54,958 nucleotides of DNA, from the IMG/VR virus record IMGVR_UViG_2671180568_000004; one strand, 5' to 3'. Position numbers and translations under genes: made by a program. The notes under the pieces are model-generated. The model was not told where the DNA came from and ran no database searches. It saw nothing but the letters and a program-made list of their open reading frames with translations. This document shows positions 1-9,610 of the stretch, piece after piece (position 1 is the first letter of the stretch; each line of letters begins with the position of its first letter). This DNA comes from a virus. Taxonomy: Duplodnaviria; Heunggongvirae; Uroviricota; Caudoviricetes.

Positions 1-171
1 TCAATAAATCCCATCATTGCGATCAACCTCATCCTTAACCATTGATGCGAGCAGTTCTTCCAGTTTCTGCGCTGACAGCTTTACCTGGTGATCTTCAGCA
101 TCTTCCCGGGCTATTGTGGTTCGCGCAGTGGCTGATTTTGCTGACATCACCACAGGGGGCAGACGGACCAT
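1..171 (-). CDS. hypothetical small protein (about 56 aa)
   Basis: ORF track 1..282 (-) ends with a stop codon at positions 1-3; most plausible start MVRLPP with GGAGG about 10 nt upstream; no recognisable domain. Confidence 0.3.
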   Translation of the reverse strand: MVRLPPVVMSAKSATARTTIAREDAEDHQVKLSAQKLEELLASMVKDEVDRNDGIY

Positions 172-240
172 TGAACCATGGCCTCCGGAACAAATAAGGG
201 CAAAAATAACAACCACTATCGAAAGCTCACAAACTAACCG

Positions 241-406
241 CAGCACGTTCCTGCATACGACGTGTCTGCGGCATAATCCCAATGATTACTCCCTGACAGG
301 ATTTGCAGGCCACTCAATATCAGGTACAGTTGATGTATCAACACGATTCAACAATACCCGATATTTATTCCATGCCTCCAGCAACGATCTTTCTTCCTCC
401 GTTGCG
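241..406. repeat. direct repeat copy A (tfa 3' end, about 165 bp), matches 1291..1455
   Basis: read directly: cagcacgttc...ggcataatcccaatgattactccctgacagg...ccactcaatatcagg...gttgatgtatcaacacg...ttcttcctccgttgc occurs at both loci, roughly 85-90% identical. Confidence 0.8.
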
Positions 407-555
407 ATTTCCAGATCTACAGCATCCTGCAGTGGCGCAATATACTCACTGAATTCCTGGATGTAGAACTGTGTGGTGACGGTCTTCCAGCCATTCGGCT
501 CCTGCTGTATCGAAGCATACCAGGCTATTTCAATATCGCTATGCTGCGGCAGCAT
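286..555 (-). CDS. tfa: tail fibre assembly protein-like (short, 89 aa, Tfa C-terminal domain)
   Basis: C-terminus [51 protein letters not shown] matches the conserved C-terminal region of lambda Tfa as recalled; ATG with AAGGGG RBS; N-terminal part unlike lambda Tfa. Confidence 0.7.
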   Translation of the reverse strand: MLPQHSDIEIAWYASIQQEPNGWKTVTTQFYIQEFSEYIAPLQDAVDLEIATEEERSLLEAWNKYRVLLNRVDTSTVPDIEWPANPVRE

Positions 556-611
556 TTAACCCCTTGTAATTCATCGCCATAATTGATTTAATTCACAAAT
601 AAAACTATAAC

Positions 612-1280
612 ATGGTGAAATCAATGAAAAAAAACACAGATGATGGGGCTAAAATTTACACACCACTTACCCTAAAGCTTTATGACTGGTGGGTTTTGGG
701 AGTATCAAATCGGCTTGCATGGGGATGTCCTACAAAGGAACACCTTCTTCCACACTTTCTGGAACATGTAGGTAACAACCATCTGGATATTGGTGTTGGA
801 ACTGGGTTTTACCTTACTCACGTACCTGAGAGTAGTCTGATATCTTTAATGGATTTGAACGAAGCTAGCCTGAACGCGGCATCTACAAGGGCTGGGGAAT
901 CAAAAATTAAACATAAAATTAGCCATGATGTTTTTGAACCTTATCCCGCGGCGTTACATGGTCAATTTGATTCCATTTCCATGTTTTACCTTCTTCACTG
1001 CCTGCCTGGAAATATATCTACAAAAAGCTGTGTAATACGCAATGCGGCGCAGGCCTTAACTGACGATGGAACTCTATACGGAGCCACAATTCTTGGCGAT
1101 GGAGTTGTGCACAATAGCTTCGGTCAAAAACTGATGCGCATTTACAATCAGAAAGGCATCTTTTCAAACACAAAAGATTCCGAAGAAGGCTTAACACATA
1201 TACTCTCAGAGCATTTCGAGAATGTTAAAACCAAGGTTCAAGGTACTGTAGTAATGTTTTCCGCTTCAGGGAAAAAATAG
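612..1280 (+). CDS. class I SAM-dependent methyltransferase (not a DNA methyltransferase by motif)
   Basis: 222 aa; Rossmann motif I LDIGVGTGFY and acidic motif II MDLNE; no DPPY/NPPY or PCQ/ENV DNA-MTase motifs; AT-rich relative to flanks; opposite strand to tail genes. Confidence 0.7.
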   Translation: MVKSMKKNTDDGAKIYTPLTLKLYDWWVLGVSNRLAWGCPTKEHLLPHFLEHVGNNHLDIGVGTGFYLTHVPESSLISLMDLNEASLNAASTRAGESKIKHKISHDVFEPYPAALHGQFDSISMFYLLHCLPGNISTKSCVIRNAAQALTDDGTLYGATILGDGVVHNSFGQKLMRIYNQKGIFSNTKDSEEGLTHILSEHFENVKTKVQGTVVMFSASGKK

Positions 1281-1290
1281 CATCCAACCG

Positions 1291-1455
1291 CAGCACGTTC
1301 TTGCTTAAGACGTGCTGCGGCATAATCCCAATGATTACTCCCTGACAGGGTTCGTAGGCCACTCAATATCAGGTGCAGTTGATGTATCAACACGGTTCAG
1401 CAACACCCGATACTTCTTCCAGGCTTCCAGCAACGGAGTTTCTTCCTCCGTTGCA
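1291..1455. repeat. direct repeat copy B (tfa 3' end relic)
   Basis: second copy of the 241..406 sequence. Confidence 0.8.
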
Positions 1456-1470
1456 TATACAGCTCACCTT
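1335..1470 (-). pseudogene. tfa 3' remnant (encodes only the last ~45 codons of Tfa, no start)
   Basis: minus-strand translation gives [42 protein letters not shown] then stop; preceded in frame by the stop of the upstream ORF. Confidence 0.65.
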
Positions 1471-1473
1471 TTT

Positions 1474-1767
1474 TCACCCACGATTAACCAACAGCCAGAC
1501 CAGCAGACACGCCACCACCGGCACAGCAAAATCCATCAGGCTTGCCACATCCCACGCGCGCGGATCAAAACCGCCCCACCACGGCATATTCATTCGCTTG
1601 CCATGCCCGAACATTTCAATCCAGCGATATTCTGCCTGGGTGTGTTCACGCGCAATGAAGAACGTACAACCAGCTATCGCCCCGTAAGCCCAGTTCCCGG
1701 TAAAAAGACCAATCAGTAGCTGCGCAGCCACAGCACAAAGCGCATGAAGGAAAGGTGTTATATCCAT
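1474..1767 (-). CDS. hypothetical small membrane protein (97 aa, 2-3 predicted TM segments)
   Basis: ATG with AAGGAGG RBS directly downstream of the fibre gene; hydrophobic stretches ALCAVAAQLLIGLF and DFAVPVVACLLVWLLV. Confidence 0.5.
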   Translation of the reverse strand: MDITPFLHALCAVAAQLLIGLFTGNWAYGAIAGCTFFIAREHTQAEYRWIEMFGHGKRMNMPWWGGFDPRAWDVASLMDFAVPVVACLLVWLLVNRG

Positions 1768-1777
1768 TACTCCTCCT

Positions 1778-2482
1778 TTATCCGATATCGCTTCGGGAAA
1801 CGGATAACAACTTTAATTCTGACTCAAGTTCATCAACTCTTTCAGTCAGCTTCTGGATATGGTGAATCAGTGGAACAACCAGACGTTCGTACATTACACC
1901 TTCGGCAACAAGGCCATTGCTGGAAATAGCTTCCGGTGCATCATCTTCGTTAGCTGGTCGCCAGTGTACAAACTGAGGGGCAATTTCTCCTACTTCCTCG
2001 GCAATCAATCCGTAGAATCCCCAGTCACGCCTGTCATTTGCGCATTGTGACCTGTACCACACAGGGCGCATCCTGAAAATGAGATCGGCGTGCTCTGAAT
2101 CTATTGTCTCTACTGAATGTTTATAGCGGATAGACGATGTTGACCGCAGCACAGACGAAATTGCGGGGTCAGGATTAAGATAAAGGTTTGCCGCCGCTGT
2201 AGTCGTGCCCAATCCCCACAAATAAAACGCTTCACGGCCAGTCAACGGGTAAAAATCTCCACCATAACGACCGCTTTCCAGAGCGTTCACTTCCAGTTTG
2301 TTTTTCAGCTTATTATCAACTTCAGTTTTTGTGTATCTGGTGCTGATATCCTGCTTTGCACTGGTCATATCAGCCTGAAGCGTTGATACTTTTCCGTTAA
2401 TTGAGGAAATATCTTCCTTGGCTTTACTGACATCTCCCTTTAACGTGGTGATGTCTCCCGGAATTACTGTCGATGTAGCCAT
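1778..2482 (-). CDS. tail fibre-like protein with C-terminal peptidase S74 / intramolecular chaperone-like domain
   Basis: 234 aa; coiled-coil-like N-terminus; C-terminal WGFYGLIAEEVGEIAPQFV...GLVAEGVMYERLVVPLI resembles S74 chaperone domains of phage fibres (recollection). Confidence 0.6.
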   Translation of the reverse strand: MATSTVIPGDITTLKGDVSKAKEDISSINGKVSTLQADMTSAKQDISTRYTKTEVDNKLKNKLEVNALESGRYGGDFYPLTGREAFYLWGLGTTTAAANLYLNPDPAISSVLRSTSSIRYKHSVETIDSEHADLIFRMRPVWYRSQCANDRRDWGFYGLIAEEVGEIAPQFVHWRPANEDDAPEAISSNGLVAEGVMYERLVVPLIHHIQKLTERVDELESELKLLSVSRSDIG

Positions 2483-2491
2483 TTGTCTCCC

Positions 2492-2773
2492 TCACATCCA
2501 GCCACGAAGTTGATGTTCAACTACAACCGCGTATTCATCGAATATTGACGATTTTTTTGCATCATTAATGATGCGCACGTTTACAAAATATCCATCTTCC
2601 TTAACACATACCGGTTCGCCATCTTCAGTCAGTTCTCCGGTTTCTTTGTACACGTTACCTATCACGTCAATAAGAATATCATCCTGCATCGACTCGTCAT
2701 CATAATAGCCAATGCTATCCATAAAGGCCGAAAAGTCGGCCCTGTCTGCAAATTTGAGTGTTAAATCTTTCAT
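2492..2773 (-). CDS. hypothetical protein (93 aa) between the two fibre genes
   Basis: ORF track; acidic; no recognised domain. Confidence 0.45.
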   Translation of the reverse strand: MKDLTLKFADRADFSAFMDSIGYYDDESMQDDILIDVIGNVYKETGELTEDGEPVCVKEDGYFVNVRIINDAKKSSIFDEYAVVVEHQLRGWM

Positions 2774-5154
2774 TAGATTGACTCCCCCATCTGAGCATCA
2801 GTCAATGCCTTGTGCCATATTCTGAAATTCCTGACATGACCAAATAAATGACGCAACCCGGCTGTAGTCTGGCCTCCAATACGGATAATTGCGGAGTTCT
2901 GAATATAGGACCATGTGGCTTTCTTTTCGCTGGATATACGCCCGTTACTTACTGAGCACGTAGACTGATCTGACTTTACACGCATCCCCATAACCATTTT
3001 TTCAAGCGATGCGTTTTCGTTTACCCGTCTGTTAGCCAAACCTATATCACAATAAGGAAATCCGTCGTAATCTGTTGAACGACCGAAGCCAAGAATAATA
3101 GCCGCTCCGGTTTGATGACCGCCGGTATCAAAAACACGCGGTGCTGCATTTGGCGTTTTATACCAGTTCTTATGTACCTCACAAAGAACCGTAAAAGGAA
3201 GATTATAAAGATTATTCTTAATTGGAACTGTAACTATATCGCTTGCGCGGGTCGCCGCCGTCGCTCCTGATATAATAAAAGATGATACACAAGGCCCATC
3301 TTCTACTTGTGGGGTGGCCAGATAAATATAGTCACCAGATACGGTTGCCCCGCTCTGCTTAGGAGAATACTGTATCTGAGAGCCTATTTTTAACTCCCCA
3401 TCAATTGCCTGAATTGTTGCCTCTGCAAAAATCCATCCGGTAGCTTCGTCCTTTCTGACTCTCGCTGTAATTCTTGAGGCAGCACCGCCTGTCATATTAA
3501 TTTCAAGCGTTTGTGTATCAATATACGCATCACCAAGAAAAGTTGTTGCGCTACCGTCATATTTATCAAACCGGATACGCAACCTTACCTGCAGTTCTGT
3601 TTTAAAACGACATGAGGTTGTCACGTGTTTATTATCGCCTGAGACATCAACTGACTTTGTTGCAGCAATTGATGCCATATTAATGGCTGAGGTTTGCCCA
3701 ATCAGAGAATCGTTGCAGACAAACTTTCCATAGGTAAAACCAAAATTATCCGTCCCTGTTTCGGGCACATCCATATTTGACGATCGCCCCCAACTGGCAG
3801 GGCTTTCCGAATTGAGCATGTAGTTTGTTCTTTGCCCCTCAATAAGCAGGCCATCACGTTCAAATCGTGGCTCGTCAATGGCAGCCTCTGTCAGCACACC
3901 AGATTTGTTAATATAGGTTGCTTTCGATGCACGTTTAAACTTAACAATCTTGTCGCCAGGCATCGTTATTTCATCGTCACCAATAACAATTTTTTTATAT
4001 GATGGCGAAAAGCCCGTAATCATATCCAGCGAATCGTTAAATGGTATCCACACATCAGGCAGCGGCTGTAAGACATATTTATACGGCTCCGCAGCCTGGC
4101 TTGCGTACTCTCTGGCTGCATCTTCGCTTGCTTTAGCTGCCGTCTGGCTTGCTGCCGATGCTTTCGCTGAGTTCGCAGCCGCTGTTTCGCTCACCTTTGC
4201 GTTGGTTTCACTGGTTTTTGCTGCTTTTTGACTGTTAGCTGATGCAGTGGCAGAAGCAGCCGCCGCGCTTGCAGAACTGGCTGCGGCACTCTCGCTTTGG
4301 GCCGCTGCATCCTGACTGCTTTTCGCCGCAGTTTCACTGGCTTTGGCATTCGTTTCGCTGGTCTTCGCTGCCGCCTGGCTGGACTTTGCGTTAGTTTCAC
4401 TCGTCTTCGCAGCTTTCTGGCTGTTAGCCGCAGCAGTTGCTGATCCAGCTGCTGAAGTCGCAGAACCGGCTGCCGCGCTCTCGCTTTGGGCTGCTGCAAC
4501 CTGGCTGTTTTTTGCTGCAGTTTCACTGGCTTTAGCATTCGTTTCGCTGGTCTTCGCTGCCGTCTGGCTGGACTTTGCGTTGGTTTCGCTCGTCTTTGCG
4601 GCTGTCCCGCTATTTTTCGCGTTGGTTTCTGATTTTTTGGCTGCTGTCGCGGAGTTTGCCGATGCAGTCTTTGAGGTCGCTGCCGCCTGTGCGCTGTTAG
4701 CTGCATTCGTTTCTGAGGTTTTCGCCGCGTTCTTCGATGATGCCGCTGCAGTTTCGGATTTCTTTGCCGCCGCTGCGCTCTGAGAGGCGGCTTCAGCGTT
4801 GCGTGCCGCTTCTTCCACCATCTGCTCAAAGCGGCGCAGTGCCTCCGGTCGGACATCATCCTCCGTCATGGCACCGAGAAAATCATTCAGCGTACCTGGT
4901 CTGGAACCTTCATAGACGGTAATGGTCCCGGCATGTGAAGGCGGAAAACCTTCAACCAGCAGGGTGACGCTGTACTGACCATGCTCAACATCCATGCTGT
5001 AACGTCCGGCTTCATCCGGATTTTCAGAAGCCACCGTGTTCACCAGTACCGTGGTGCTGTTACGCTTTGCCTTCAGTTGAATAGTGCAGTTCTGTATTGG
5101 TTTTCCCGCACCATCTTTCAGCACACCTGAGATTTTTACTGCTGCCATATCCAC
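2773..5154 (-). CDS. stf: side tail fibre protein (Stf-like) with Ala/Ser/Thr-rich repeat region
   Basis: 793 aa; N-terminus AVKISGVLKDGAGKPIQNCTIQLKAKRNSTTV...GFPPSHAGTITVYEGSRPGTLNDFLGAMTEDD matches the lambda Stf N-terminal domain as recalled; true start may be the ATG two codons in (MAAVKISG). Confidence 0.85.
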   Translation of the reverse strand: MDMAAVKISGVLKDGAGKPIQNCTIQLKAKRNSTTVLVNTVASENPDEAGRYSMDVEHGQYSVTLLVEGFPPSHAGTITVYEGSRPGTLNDFLGAMTEDDVRPEALRRFEQMVEEAARNAEAASQSAAAAKKSETAAASSKNAAKTSETNAANSAQAAATSKTASANSATAAKKSETNAKNSGTAAKTSETNAKSSQTAAKTSETNAKASETAAKNSQVAAAQSESAAAGSATSAAGSATAAANSQKAAKTSETNAKSSQAAAKTSETNAKASETAAKSSQDAAAQSESAAASSASAAAASATASANSQKAAKTSETNAKVSETAAANSAKASAASQTAAKASEDAAREYASQAAEPYKYVLQPLPDVWIPFNDSLDMITGFSPSYKKIVIGDDEITMPGDKIVKFKRASKATYINKSGVLTEAAIDEPRFERDGLLIEGQRTNYMLNSESPASWGRSSNMDVPETGTDNFGFTYGKFVCNDSLIGQTSAINMASIAATKSVDVSGDNKHVTTSCRFKTELQVRLRIRFDKYDGSATTFLGDAYIDTQTLEINMTGGAASRITARVRKDEATGWIFAEATIQAIDGELKIGSQIQYSPKQSGATVSGDYIYLATPQVEDGPCVSSFIISGATAATRASDIVTVPIKNNLYNLPFTVLCEVHKNWYKTPNAAPRVFDTGGHQTGAAIILGFGRSTDYDGFPYCDIGLANRRVNENASLEKMVMGMRVKSDQSTCSVSNGRISSEKKATWSYIQNSAIIRIGGQTTAGLRHLFGHVRNFRIWHKALTDAQMGESI
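4130..4790. repeat. in-frame coding tandem repeats inside stf (KTSETNAK/SSQTAAK motifs)
   Basis: repeated gctggtcttcgctgcc...gcgtt.gtttc blocks; protein repeats AAKTSETNAKSSQ; the antisense ORFs here are artefacts of the repeat. Confidence 0.7.
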
Positions 5155-5156
5155 TC

Positions 5157-5186
5157 CACAAAAAAGCCCGCCTGAACCGGCGGGCT
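5157..5186 (-). terminator. rho-independent terminator downstream of lom
   Basis: hairpin GCCCGCC-TGAAC-GGCGGGC followed by a T-run on the minus strand. Confidence 0.6.
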
Positions 5187-5212
5187 GTCATAACACTGTG
5201 TTACCTGGCTAA

Positions 5213-5812
5213 TCAGAACTTATAACCGACACCCACGATGAAACCGTCAGTGCGCCAGTCGCCACTGCCGGAGCCTTCATAAGCAATATCAATGGCCACG
5301 GATTCGGTCGGGTTAAACTGCACGCCAGCTCCCCACGCCAGAGACGTGTTGCTGTGGCGATCGTCATCACTTCCGGTCAGCACATCGTGCGTTTTCCCCT
5401 TGTTGTCAGTTACGCGGAGATAATCCCCGGAGAACGTCGAAACACGGCTGTAAGCCACACCTGCCATCGCATAAGCACTGAACCATTCATTCACGCGTAC
5501 AGATGGCCCCGCCATCATGCTGAACCAGCGGTTACGCACTGAATCTTCATGCCAGCGGGTATCGCTGTAATGCGTTTTTTGCTCATCTTTGGCATTGGCA
5601 TAACTGAATGACGTCACCAGCCCCAGCGTGTCCGTAAATTCATAACGGTATTTCACGTTAATGCCCTTCAGGTCATCGTTGCCGGGCATATCAGTATGGG
5701 TCTGAAGATACCCGGCGCTTAGTGTGGACTGATGCTCTGCTGCGCTCGCTGGCGTACCAGCGGCGACCAGCCAGACTACTGTGGACAGAATAACAGCACA
5801 TAATTTACGCAT
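5213..5812 (-). CDS. lom: Lom/Ail-family outer membrane protein
   Basis: 199 aa; signal peptide, beta-barrel pattern ending GFIVGVGYKF; sits between J and stf as in lambda. Confidence 0.9.
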   Translation of the reverse strand: MRKLCAVILSTVVWLVAAGTPASAAEHQSTLSAGYLQTHTDMPGNDDLKGINVKYRYEFTDTLGLVTSFSYANAKDEQKTHYSDTRWHEDSVRNRWFSMMAGPSVRVNEWFSAYAMAGVAYSRVSTFSGDYLRVTDNKGKTHDVLTGSDDDRHSNTSLAWGAGVQFNPTESVAIDIAYEGSGSGDWRTDGFIVGVGYKF

Positions 5813-5833
5813 AATTACCTCTCGCTTTTCTGC

Positions 5834-5859
5834 AAAAAAAAGGCACCATTTCTGGTGCC
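5834..5859 (-). terminator. rho-independent terminator downstream of J
   Basis: hairpin GGCACCA-TTTC-TGGTGCC with an 8-nt T-run on the minus strand. Confidence 0.6.
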
Positions 5860-5878
5860 CGTATCTGGGTTATAAAAT

Positions 5879-8800
5879 TCAGCTAATCGTGATGCCTGCA
5901 GTGGCTTTCTTCATCACAACAACCAGCAAATCGCTGATACTTGCTGTGGGATACCAGCCATTTACCAGCCATGCTGACACCGAAAACTCCAGCGTCATGT
6001 GACCGTGACCGGCAGGCATATCAATAACGCCACTGTAAATCAGCGTATTATCCAGCGCGGTACGGTTATAAATTTCAGCACCGTTTTTCCGCACTATCAG
6101 ACGGCATGAGGAGTAAATATCAGTATGCTCTCTCTCATGCTTAGCGCCACTGAATGCCACAGCCGGAATAACAATTTGCCGGTCAAACGGCTGATCGTCA
6201 TAAACCCTGACGGTAATGGTCCCTGATGGCCACCGCTCCGGTGCCCGGGAGTCACGGGGGAAAGCTTTGCCCACTGTTTTAACGAGATCGCCTTCAATCT
6301 GGTTCGCGGACAGTTTTCCCAGAACCCGGCAGTTCTCGTTAATCGTGACGTTGTTGAGCGTCCCGGAGTTCGCATTCACGTTACCGCTGATATCGGCATT
6401 TTTCGCCGTCAGCCGCCCGTCCGGTGTCAGGGAAAATGCCGGAGGATTACCGCCGCTGGTAATGGTGGGGGCCGTCAGGCGCTTCAGGAACACGTCGTTC
6501 ATGAATATCTGGTTGCCCTGCGCCACAAACATCGGCGTTTCATTCCCGTTTGCCGGGTCAATAAACGCGATACGGTTAGCGGCAACCAGGAACTGGCTCA
6601 GTTTGCCTTCCTCCGTATCCTCCATGCTGAGGCCAAGCCCCGCGACATAATGTTTGCCGTCTTTGGTCTGCTCAATTTTGACGCCCCACATGGCATTCCA
6701 TTTATCGTTGGCGTCCTTCCACTCTTTCGAAAACTCCTCCAGTTTGCTGGCGTTATCTTCCGTCAGCTCAAAGTTTTCCAGCAGTTCCTTGCCGAGATGC
6801 GTTTTATTGATCAACCCTTTATAAAAATTCAGATAACCTTCCGCATCATCGCTCGCCCGACCAACGGCCTCCACAAATGCCGATTTACCAACGGTGTTCA
6901 CGCTGCGGATATAAAAGTAATAATCATAACCCGGCTTAATATTGCTACTGGCGGCTATCCAGTACAGCGCCGTACCAAGATAACGCGCGCTGGTTTCAAC
7001 CTGCCTGATATCCGCAATCCGCTTTTCCGAGAACCAGAACTCAAACTGTACCGTCGGGTCATAAACGGCAAGATGCGGCGTGGCGGTTATCTGAAAATAG
7101 CCCGGCGTCAGCTCAATCCGCGACGGTGCTGCCGGTGCGGCAATCCGGAAGGTGGTGGTGGCAGGTTCACCCTGCTGGCCATAGCTGTTTATCGCCCGCA
7201 CCGTCAGGGTGTATTCCCCGAGCGGCAGGCCGCTGAAACGGTGCTCCGTGTCTGCGGTGATGGCGGTGGTCACCAGTCTGGCATCCGTTCCCTTACCACT
7301 GGTCAGGCGCAGACTGAAGCGCACGCCCTTCACCACCCGCGGCGTGTCCCATTTAGCCTGCGCCAGATACTGGCCGTCAGCTGCGCTCACCTCCACCGTC
7401 AGGTGCTGTACTGCCGGTGGGATGACGCTGTTCAGGGAGCCTGACTGCGGCTCAAAGCGGGCACCGTTATCCACGATGGCTTCTTTTTCCGGTACGTGCT
7501 GCACCGCCGTGATGGCAAAGGTGCCGTCCGTGTTTTCCCGGATGGAGACACAGCGGAACAGGCGACGGCGCAGTGACGGCAGGGAGAGTCCCCACACCCC
7601 GTATGTCTCCACACCATCAGGCAGGGTACTGACCTGTATCCGGTCCGGCGCGGGGTGTTCGGTGATGTCCACACTCACTGGCTTACCGCTGCCGTTAATC
7701 AGGTTCACCGTGGCGGCACCGGTCTCCGGAAGTGTCACTTCACGGTCCAGCGTCAGGGTGCGGGTGGCAGCATCAATGGACAGGACACGTCCGCCGGTCA
7801 GGGTCCCGGCATAGTCGTTATCACAGATTTCAATGATGTCACCGGGTGTGTGCCGCAGCCCCTGAGACCCGAGCGTGAAATCCACCGTCTGCGTTTCCAG
7901 CAGTTCGGTCTTTATCACCCACAGTCCGGCACGGTGGGCCTGACCGCGGCTGGTACAGCCGAACGCGTCCATCTTCAGCAGGTTGCGTCCGTAGCGCAGT
8001 ATGGCTTCCGGGTCTTCCACCAGTTCCGTGGAGGTCTGCCAGCCGTTCTGCGGGTCGGTGTAATTCACCTCCACCGCCGTGTGCCGGTCCTTCAGGGCAC
8101 TGAAGCTGTAGCGGAATCCCACGCCGTTATCATCCACCACCACATCGCTGTTGGTGTACGGCCACACCACATCCGACGGGCGGTCCTGAACGAACGTCAG
8201 CGTCTGACCGTTCCATACCGGCATACAGCGCATCGCAGAGCAGAAATCACTGAGAACGTCCCACGCCTTACGCTGTTGTGCCAGGTACGCATTAAAGGTC
8301 ATCCGCGGCTCGGTCCCCCCGAAACCATCCGGGACCGTCTGATCGCAGTACTGCCCGATGGCATACAGCGCCCACTTGTCCACATCCGCCGCCTCCAGAC
8401 GTTTTCCCATGCCGTAGCGCGGGTGAGTCAGCATGTCCCACAGGCACCAGGCCGGGTTGTTGCTGTATGCCGGTTTCAGACTGCCGTCCCAGATACCACT
8501 GTACGTGCGTTTTTCCGGGTCATAGTTTGACGGCACCTGGATGATACGACCGCGGATATGGTAGTTCACCGTCATCTGCTGGCCGCCGAACTGCTCCGCA
8601 TCCACCTGCAGCCCCACAATGGCCGTGTTCGGGTAGCACTGTTTCACATCGATGATTTCGGTGTATGACGACCACAGCGTCTTATTCTGCAGCTGGTCCG
8701 TGGTGCTGTCCGCCGTCTCCCTGACCATCCGGATGTTAAAGGGCCGGGGAGGCAGATTATCCAGAATCACCGAGGCCAGGAACTGTGAGGTGGTCTTGCC

Positions 8801-9268
8801 GTTAATGGTGACGTCCTTTTCCGTCACCCAGCGGCCATTACGCTGTAACTGAATCAGAATCCGGACAGAGGAAGGATTACGGTCGCCCTTTGACGTGGTC
8901 TGCACCAGTGACTGCACCCCGAAGGTAACCCGCAGGCGGTCAATGTTCGCGGACGTAATGGTGCGCGTCACCGGTTTTGCCTTCGTCACTTCCACGCCCA
9001 GTCCGGTTTCAGCTCCGGAGGACTCAAAGCCTTCCGGTGGTGTCTGCTCCTGCTCCCCGGCGCGCCAGACCGCCGTCACACCGTGTATCACGGGATTGCC
9101 GTCCGTGTCCGTCAGTGGGGTTTTGTTCACCAGAATACTCTGCAGTCCCTTCACCGGACCTTCTATCGGTCCCTCACCAATCGCATCAATCACACTCATC
9201 ATCTGCGTGGATTTGAGATTATCCTTCGCCTCACGAGGCGTGTGTGCCTTACCGCCACCTTTTCCCAT
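5879..9268 (-). CDS. J: host specificity / tail tip protein J
   Basis: 1129 aa (lambda J is about 1130 aa); position after I and before lom; fibronectin-like central region. Confidence 0.9.
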   Translation of the reverse strand: MGKGGGKAHTPREAKDNLKSTQMMSVIDAIGEGPIEGPVKGLQSILVNKTPLTDTDGNPVIHGVTAVWRAGEQEQTPPEGFESSGAETGLGVEVTKAKPVTRTITSANIDRLRVTFGVQSLVQTTSKGDRNPSSVRILIQLQRNGRWVTEKDVTINGKTTSQFLASVILDNLPPRPFNIRMVRETADSTTDQLQNKTLWSSYTEIIDVKQCYPNTAIVGLQVDAEQFGGQQMTVNYHIRGRIIQVPSNYDPEKRTYSGIWDGSLKPAYSNNPAWCLWDMLTHPRYGMGKRLEAADVDKWALYAIGQYCDQTVPDGFGGTEPRMTFNAYLAQQRKAWDVLSDFCSAMRCMPVWNGQTLTFVQDRPSDVVWPYTNSDVVVDDNGVGFRYSFSALKDRHTAVEVNYTDPQNGWQTSTELVEDPEAILRYGRNLLKMDAFGCTSRGQAHRAGLWVIKTELLETQTVDFTLGSQGLRHTPGDIIEICDNDYAGTLTGGRVLSIDAATRTLTLDREVTLPETGAATVNLINGSGKPVSVDITEHPAPDRIQVSTLPDGVETYGVWGLSLPSLRRRLFRCVSIRENTDGTFAITAVQHVPEKEAIVDNGARFEPQSGSLNSVIPPAVQHLTVEVSAADGQYLAQAKWDTPRVVKGVRFSLRLTSGKGTDARLVTTAITADTEHRFSGLPLGEYTLTVRAINSYGQQGEPATTTFRIAAPAAPSRIELTPGYFQITATPHLAVYDPTVQFEFWFSEKRIADIRQVETSARYLGTALYWIAASSNIKPGYDYYFYIRSVNTVGKSAFVEAVGRASDDAEGYLNFYKGLINKTHLGKELLENFELTEDNASKLEEFSKEWKDANDKWNAMWGVKIEQTKDGKHYVAGLGLSMEDTEEGKLSQFLVAANRIAFIDPANGNETPMFVAQGNQIFMNDVFLKRLTAPTITSGGNPPAFSLTPDGRLTAKNADISGNVNANSGTLNNVTINENCRVLGKLSANQIEGDLVKTVGKAFPRDSRAPERWPSGTITVRVYDDQPFDRQIVIPAVAFSGAKHEREHTDIYSSCRLIVRKNGAEIYNRTALDNTLIYSGVIDMPAGHGHMTLEFSVSAWLVNGWYPTASISDLLVVVMKKATAGITIS

Positions 9269-9372
9269 ACAGCCTTCCCCTGAATAAATTAACCGCCACT
9301 TGCCATTCCGTACAGAAGTCGGATATCCTTCGCCCGAAAAGCATGAAACACATTTCTGCCATGCTAAAGAGA

Positions 9373-9408
9373 AACCCCGGTATCAGCAGATACCGGGGTT
9401 TTCTTTCA
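9373..9408. terminator. bidirectional hairpin terminator in the I-J intergenic region
   Basis: AACCCCGGTATC-AGCA-GATACCGGGGTT flanked by T-rich runs on both strands. Confidence 0.5.
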
Positions 9409-9507
9409 TGCCCACCGATAATCCTGTTGGTTAAAACCGGTAATGGCATAAAAATTCTGAATATCTTCACATTTTCACACACTGACTGTGGCGCTTATAA
9501 TTTCGCT

Positions 9508-9606
9508 GCGTTAGTGTTTTTTTGCCCGAGTAACAAAAACAACTCCTTAACATTGATCTTCATTTGTCTGTCCCCGCAGCTCCGCGATCACTGCGGGATT
9601 TTTTTA
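9508..9606 (+). ncRNA. candidate small transcript (sigma70-like promoter plus intrinsic terminator, no ORF)
   Basis: -35 TTCACA (9474..9479), 16-nt spacer, perfect -10 TATAAT (9496..9501); terminator CCCGCAG...CTGCGGG plus T7 at 9573..9606; CA-rich body; no ATG with RBS. Confidence 0.3.
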
Positions 9607-9610
9607 TGTT

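Noticed and set aside
116-466. Plus-strand ORF 116..466 (116 aa)
   Set aside because: Overlaps the Tfa-like gene and the small minus-strand ORF; no RBS; the Tfa frame has a recognisable conserved C-terminus.
4130-4860. Antisense ORFs 4191..4859 (Arg/Gln-rich) and 4343..4783 (Ala/Phe-rich) within stf
   Set aside because: Low-complexity translations of the opposite strand of the Ala/Ser/Thr repeat region; no start signals.
6097-8530. Plus-strand ORFs 6216..6650, 6650..7444, 7209..7814, 7655..8530 and minus ORF 6097..6375 inside J
   Set aside because: Fully contained in the well-supported J frame, Arg/Pro/His-rich with no RBS; typical GC-rich antisense ORFs.
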